From the NCBI GenBank assembly GCA_043819795.1, contig JBDREN010000155.1, forward strand, positions 1 through 55,856: 55,856 bases of DNA, given 5' to 3'. The DNA comes from Elusimicrobiota bacterium (GTDB taxonomy: Bacteria; Elusimicrobiota; Elusimicrobia; UBA1565). A program made the position numbers and the translations under genes. The notes under the pieces are model-generated. The model did no database searches, was not told the DNA's origin, and saw nothing but the letters and a program-made list of their open reading frames with translations. The first letter of the stretch is position 1, and each line of letters opens with the position of its first letter. Shown in pieces: positions 55,101 through 55,856 of this stretch.

Positions 55101-55554
55101 CCCGGGGCAGCATGGGCTCACGCTGACGGTGGAAGATCCTCTGGGCGAGACGGACACCGACGGCGTGAGCGTGACCGTGGAGGATACCACGGCGCCCACG
55201 ATTGAGAGCGTGACGGCCGACCCGGTCGAGCTCTGGCCGCCAAACCACAAGATGTGGGAGGTCGCTCTGGCGGTCGCCGCCTCGGACTTCTGCGCGGAGG
55301 CCGTCAAGTGTTGGATCGGCTCGGTGACGAGCGACGAGCCGGTCGACGGCCTGGGCGACGGCGACACCGCGCCGGACTGGGAGATCACCGGGGACCTGAC
55401 GGCGAGCCTTAGGGCGGAGCGCTCCGGGAGGGGCGACGGGCGTGTCTATACGCTCTATGTAACGTGCAGCGACGGGACCAACGAGAGCTCCGCTCAGACC
55501 GCCCTTGCCGTTCCCCATAATCAGGGAAAGAATAGACAACAGGAAAAGAAGTAG
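52174..55554 (+). CDS. Large secreted thrombospondin type-3 repeat protein with three tandem beta-rich domains, PKD-like domain and LWPPNHK C-terminal domain
   Basis: SD GGAGGT; signal peptide; DGDG..D.CDNCP...N.DQAD repeats; three near-identical ~190-aa modules; PEANAG...LDGSGSSDPDGD.LTYTW; LWPPNHKM...LRAERSG.GDGRVY. Confidence 0.88.
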   Translation: MSTRRTKRFKTNPAFFAGAVMSALLTLGLAAGVVAQDMDGDGVADSVDNCVNVPNLDQADSDKNAEGSFYDEDTFEEGSGSPDEWSARGGPFITSETAYSGTYSLWMPYGTGGNFEGEGGLEPGQTSAGYATAEYPYMCMAYKIPPATRANMLVLTSEAGWRSITMTQGEFPCGYPKVASWNMGLDGGPDPLVADGRWHYKCIDLDAQFDASLGEGLHRINGVIWYDGGCQSGISGEFWIDEFRISDIPYSEGGVGDVCDNCPAISNRDQADGDGDGAGDACDDDDDNDGCPDMGDAEPLVPGPDPDNDGVADNCDNCPDDPNPDQADWDSDGVGDLCDNCVYAANADQDPNACTDSDGDGVANLADNCVNVPNPDQADSDGTVGASFYDEDAFEEGPGSLDDWTGRNGVDPIITSETAYGGMFSLYMPSGWGRNFEGEAGLEAGQTSAGYATAEYPYMCMAYKIPSGTSANMLVLTSEAGWRSITMTQGEFPCGYPKVASWNMGLDGGPDPLVADGGWHYKCIDLDAQLDASLGEGPHQINAVIWHDGGCQSGISGEFWIDEFRIADIAHFFEDGGDACDNCPAVPNADQADGDGDGLGDACDNCPAMDNPDQADSDSDGVGDLCDNCVYAANADQDPGACTDSDGDGFVDLEDNCANVPNPDQADSDGTVGASFYDEDAFEEGPGSLDDWTGRNGVDPVITSETAYSGMFSLYMPSGWGRNFEGEAGLEAGQTSAGYATAEYPYMCMAYKIPSGTSANMLVHMSGEGWKSVTMTQGEAPCHYVRVASWNMGLDGHPDPLVTDGEWHYKCIALDAQLDASLGEGPHQINAVIWHEGGCQSGISGEFWIDEFRISDMAYFADDGGDACDNCPAVPNADQADADGDGVGDACDNCELYNPDQADENNNGTGDVCENQPPEANAGANQTLEAGPGCSATATLDGSGSSDPDGDALTYTWTGEFGTQSGPDPQLTVSLGPGQHGLTLTVEDPLGETDTDGVSVTVEDTTAPTIESVTADPVELWPPNHKMWEVALAVAASDFCAEAVKCWIGSVTSDEPVDGLGDGDTAPDWEITGDLTASLRAERSGRGDGRVYTLYVTCSDGTNESSAQTALAVPHNQGKNRQQEKK

Positions 55555-55761
55555 GAGAAGAGCGCCAGCCGCGGACCTAGCGAACAATCCAGGGAGAGTG
55601 TCATCCCAGGCTGAACAAAAGGGGTATTTTGTTTAGCTGACCCGTCCGGAACCGCAACAGATTGCTCCGTTCCATCGCAGAAGAGCCACCGCAGGGCCTG
55701 CGCGCTCAACAAATTGCAGGGGAAATGTTTAGTGCGAGTGGGATGTCCGGCCAAGGGAGCA

Positions 55762-55804
55762 GAGCCCGTAGCTCAGCTGGTAGAGCAACCGCCTTGTAAG
55801 CGGT
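55762..55804 (+). pseudogene. Truncated tRNA-Thr(TGT): 5' half only
   Basis: GAGCCCG-TA-GCTC-AGCTGGTA-GAGC-A-ACCGC-CT-TGT-AA-GCGGT; no T-arm or 3' acceptor strand in the following 52 nt. Confidence 0.7.
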
Positions 55805-55856
55805 TCCCGCCTTTTTGACCACGTTTGACAGTCTTTGCTCCCCGACGAGAACCACC

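Overview
GC-rich bacterial chromosomal segment; gene content and style suggest an uncultured lineage such as Elusimicrobia (inference only). In order: a DUF559 nuclease gene flanked by REP-like inverted repeats; two tandem paralogous minor-pilin cassettes (giant PilV-like pilin-adhesin fusion, small PilW-like pilin, PilX-like), each with its own sigma70 promoter; class II ribonucleotide reductase nrdJ; rplU-rpmA-obgE-squalene/phytoene synthase-dcd; rplM-rpsI; DUF72; a structured non-coding region; asnB; a lipoprotein of four knottin-like Cys repeats; a coiled-coil protein; DUF47, 5'-nucleotidase and AphA-like phosphatase directly upstream of a sugar-phosphate-utilisation (SPU-type) microcompartment locus (tpiA, pduL, EutE-like AldDH, rpiB, deoC, 2 BMC-H, 1 BMC-T, 3 BMC-P); an unexplained operon of a PilT-type ATPase, two proteins sharing an unrecognised C-terminal domain (one with a DnaA-like AAA+ module lacking the DNA-binding domain), an orphan GAF histidine kinase and four LPP20/FlgT/CsgG-like lipoproteins; and an island-like right end (frameshifted TSP3 gene, group II intron 3' remnant, 1126-aa TSP3 repeat protein, truncated tRNA-Thr). 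The most striking sequence-level observation is a 63-bp palindromic repeat, stop-free in all six frames, inserted in-frame in five unrelated genes and translated in all three forward frames, with a degenerate intergenic sixth copy. All family assignments come from motif recognition by eye; no searches were run.
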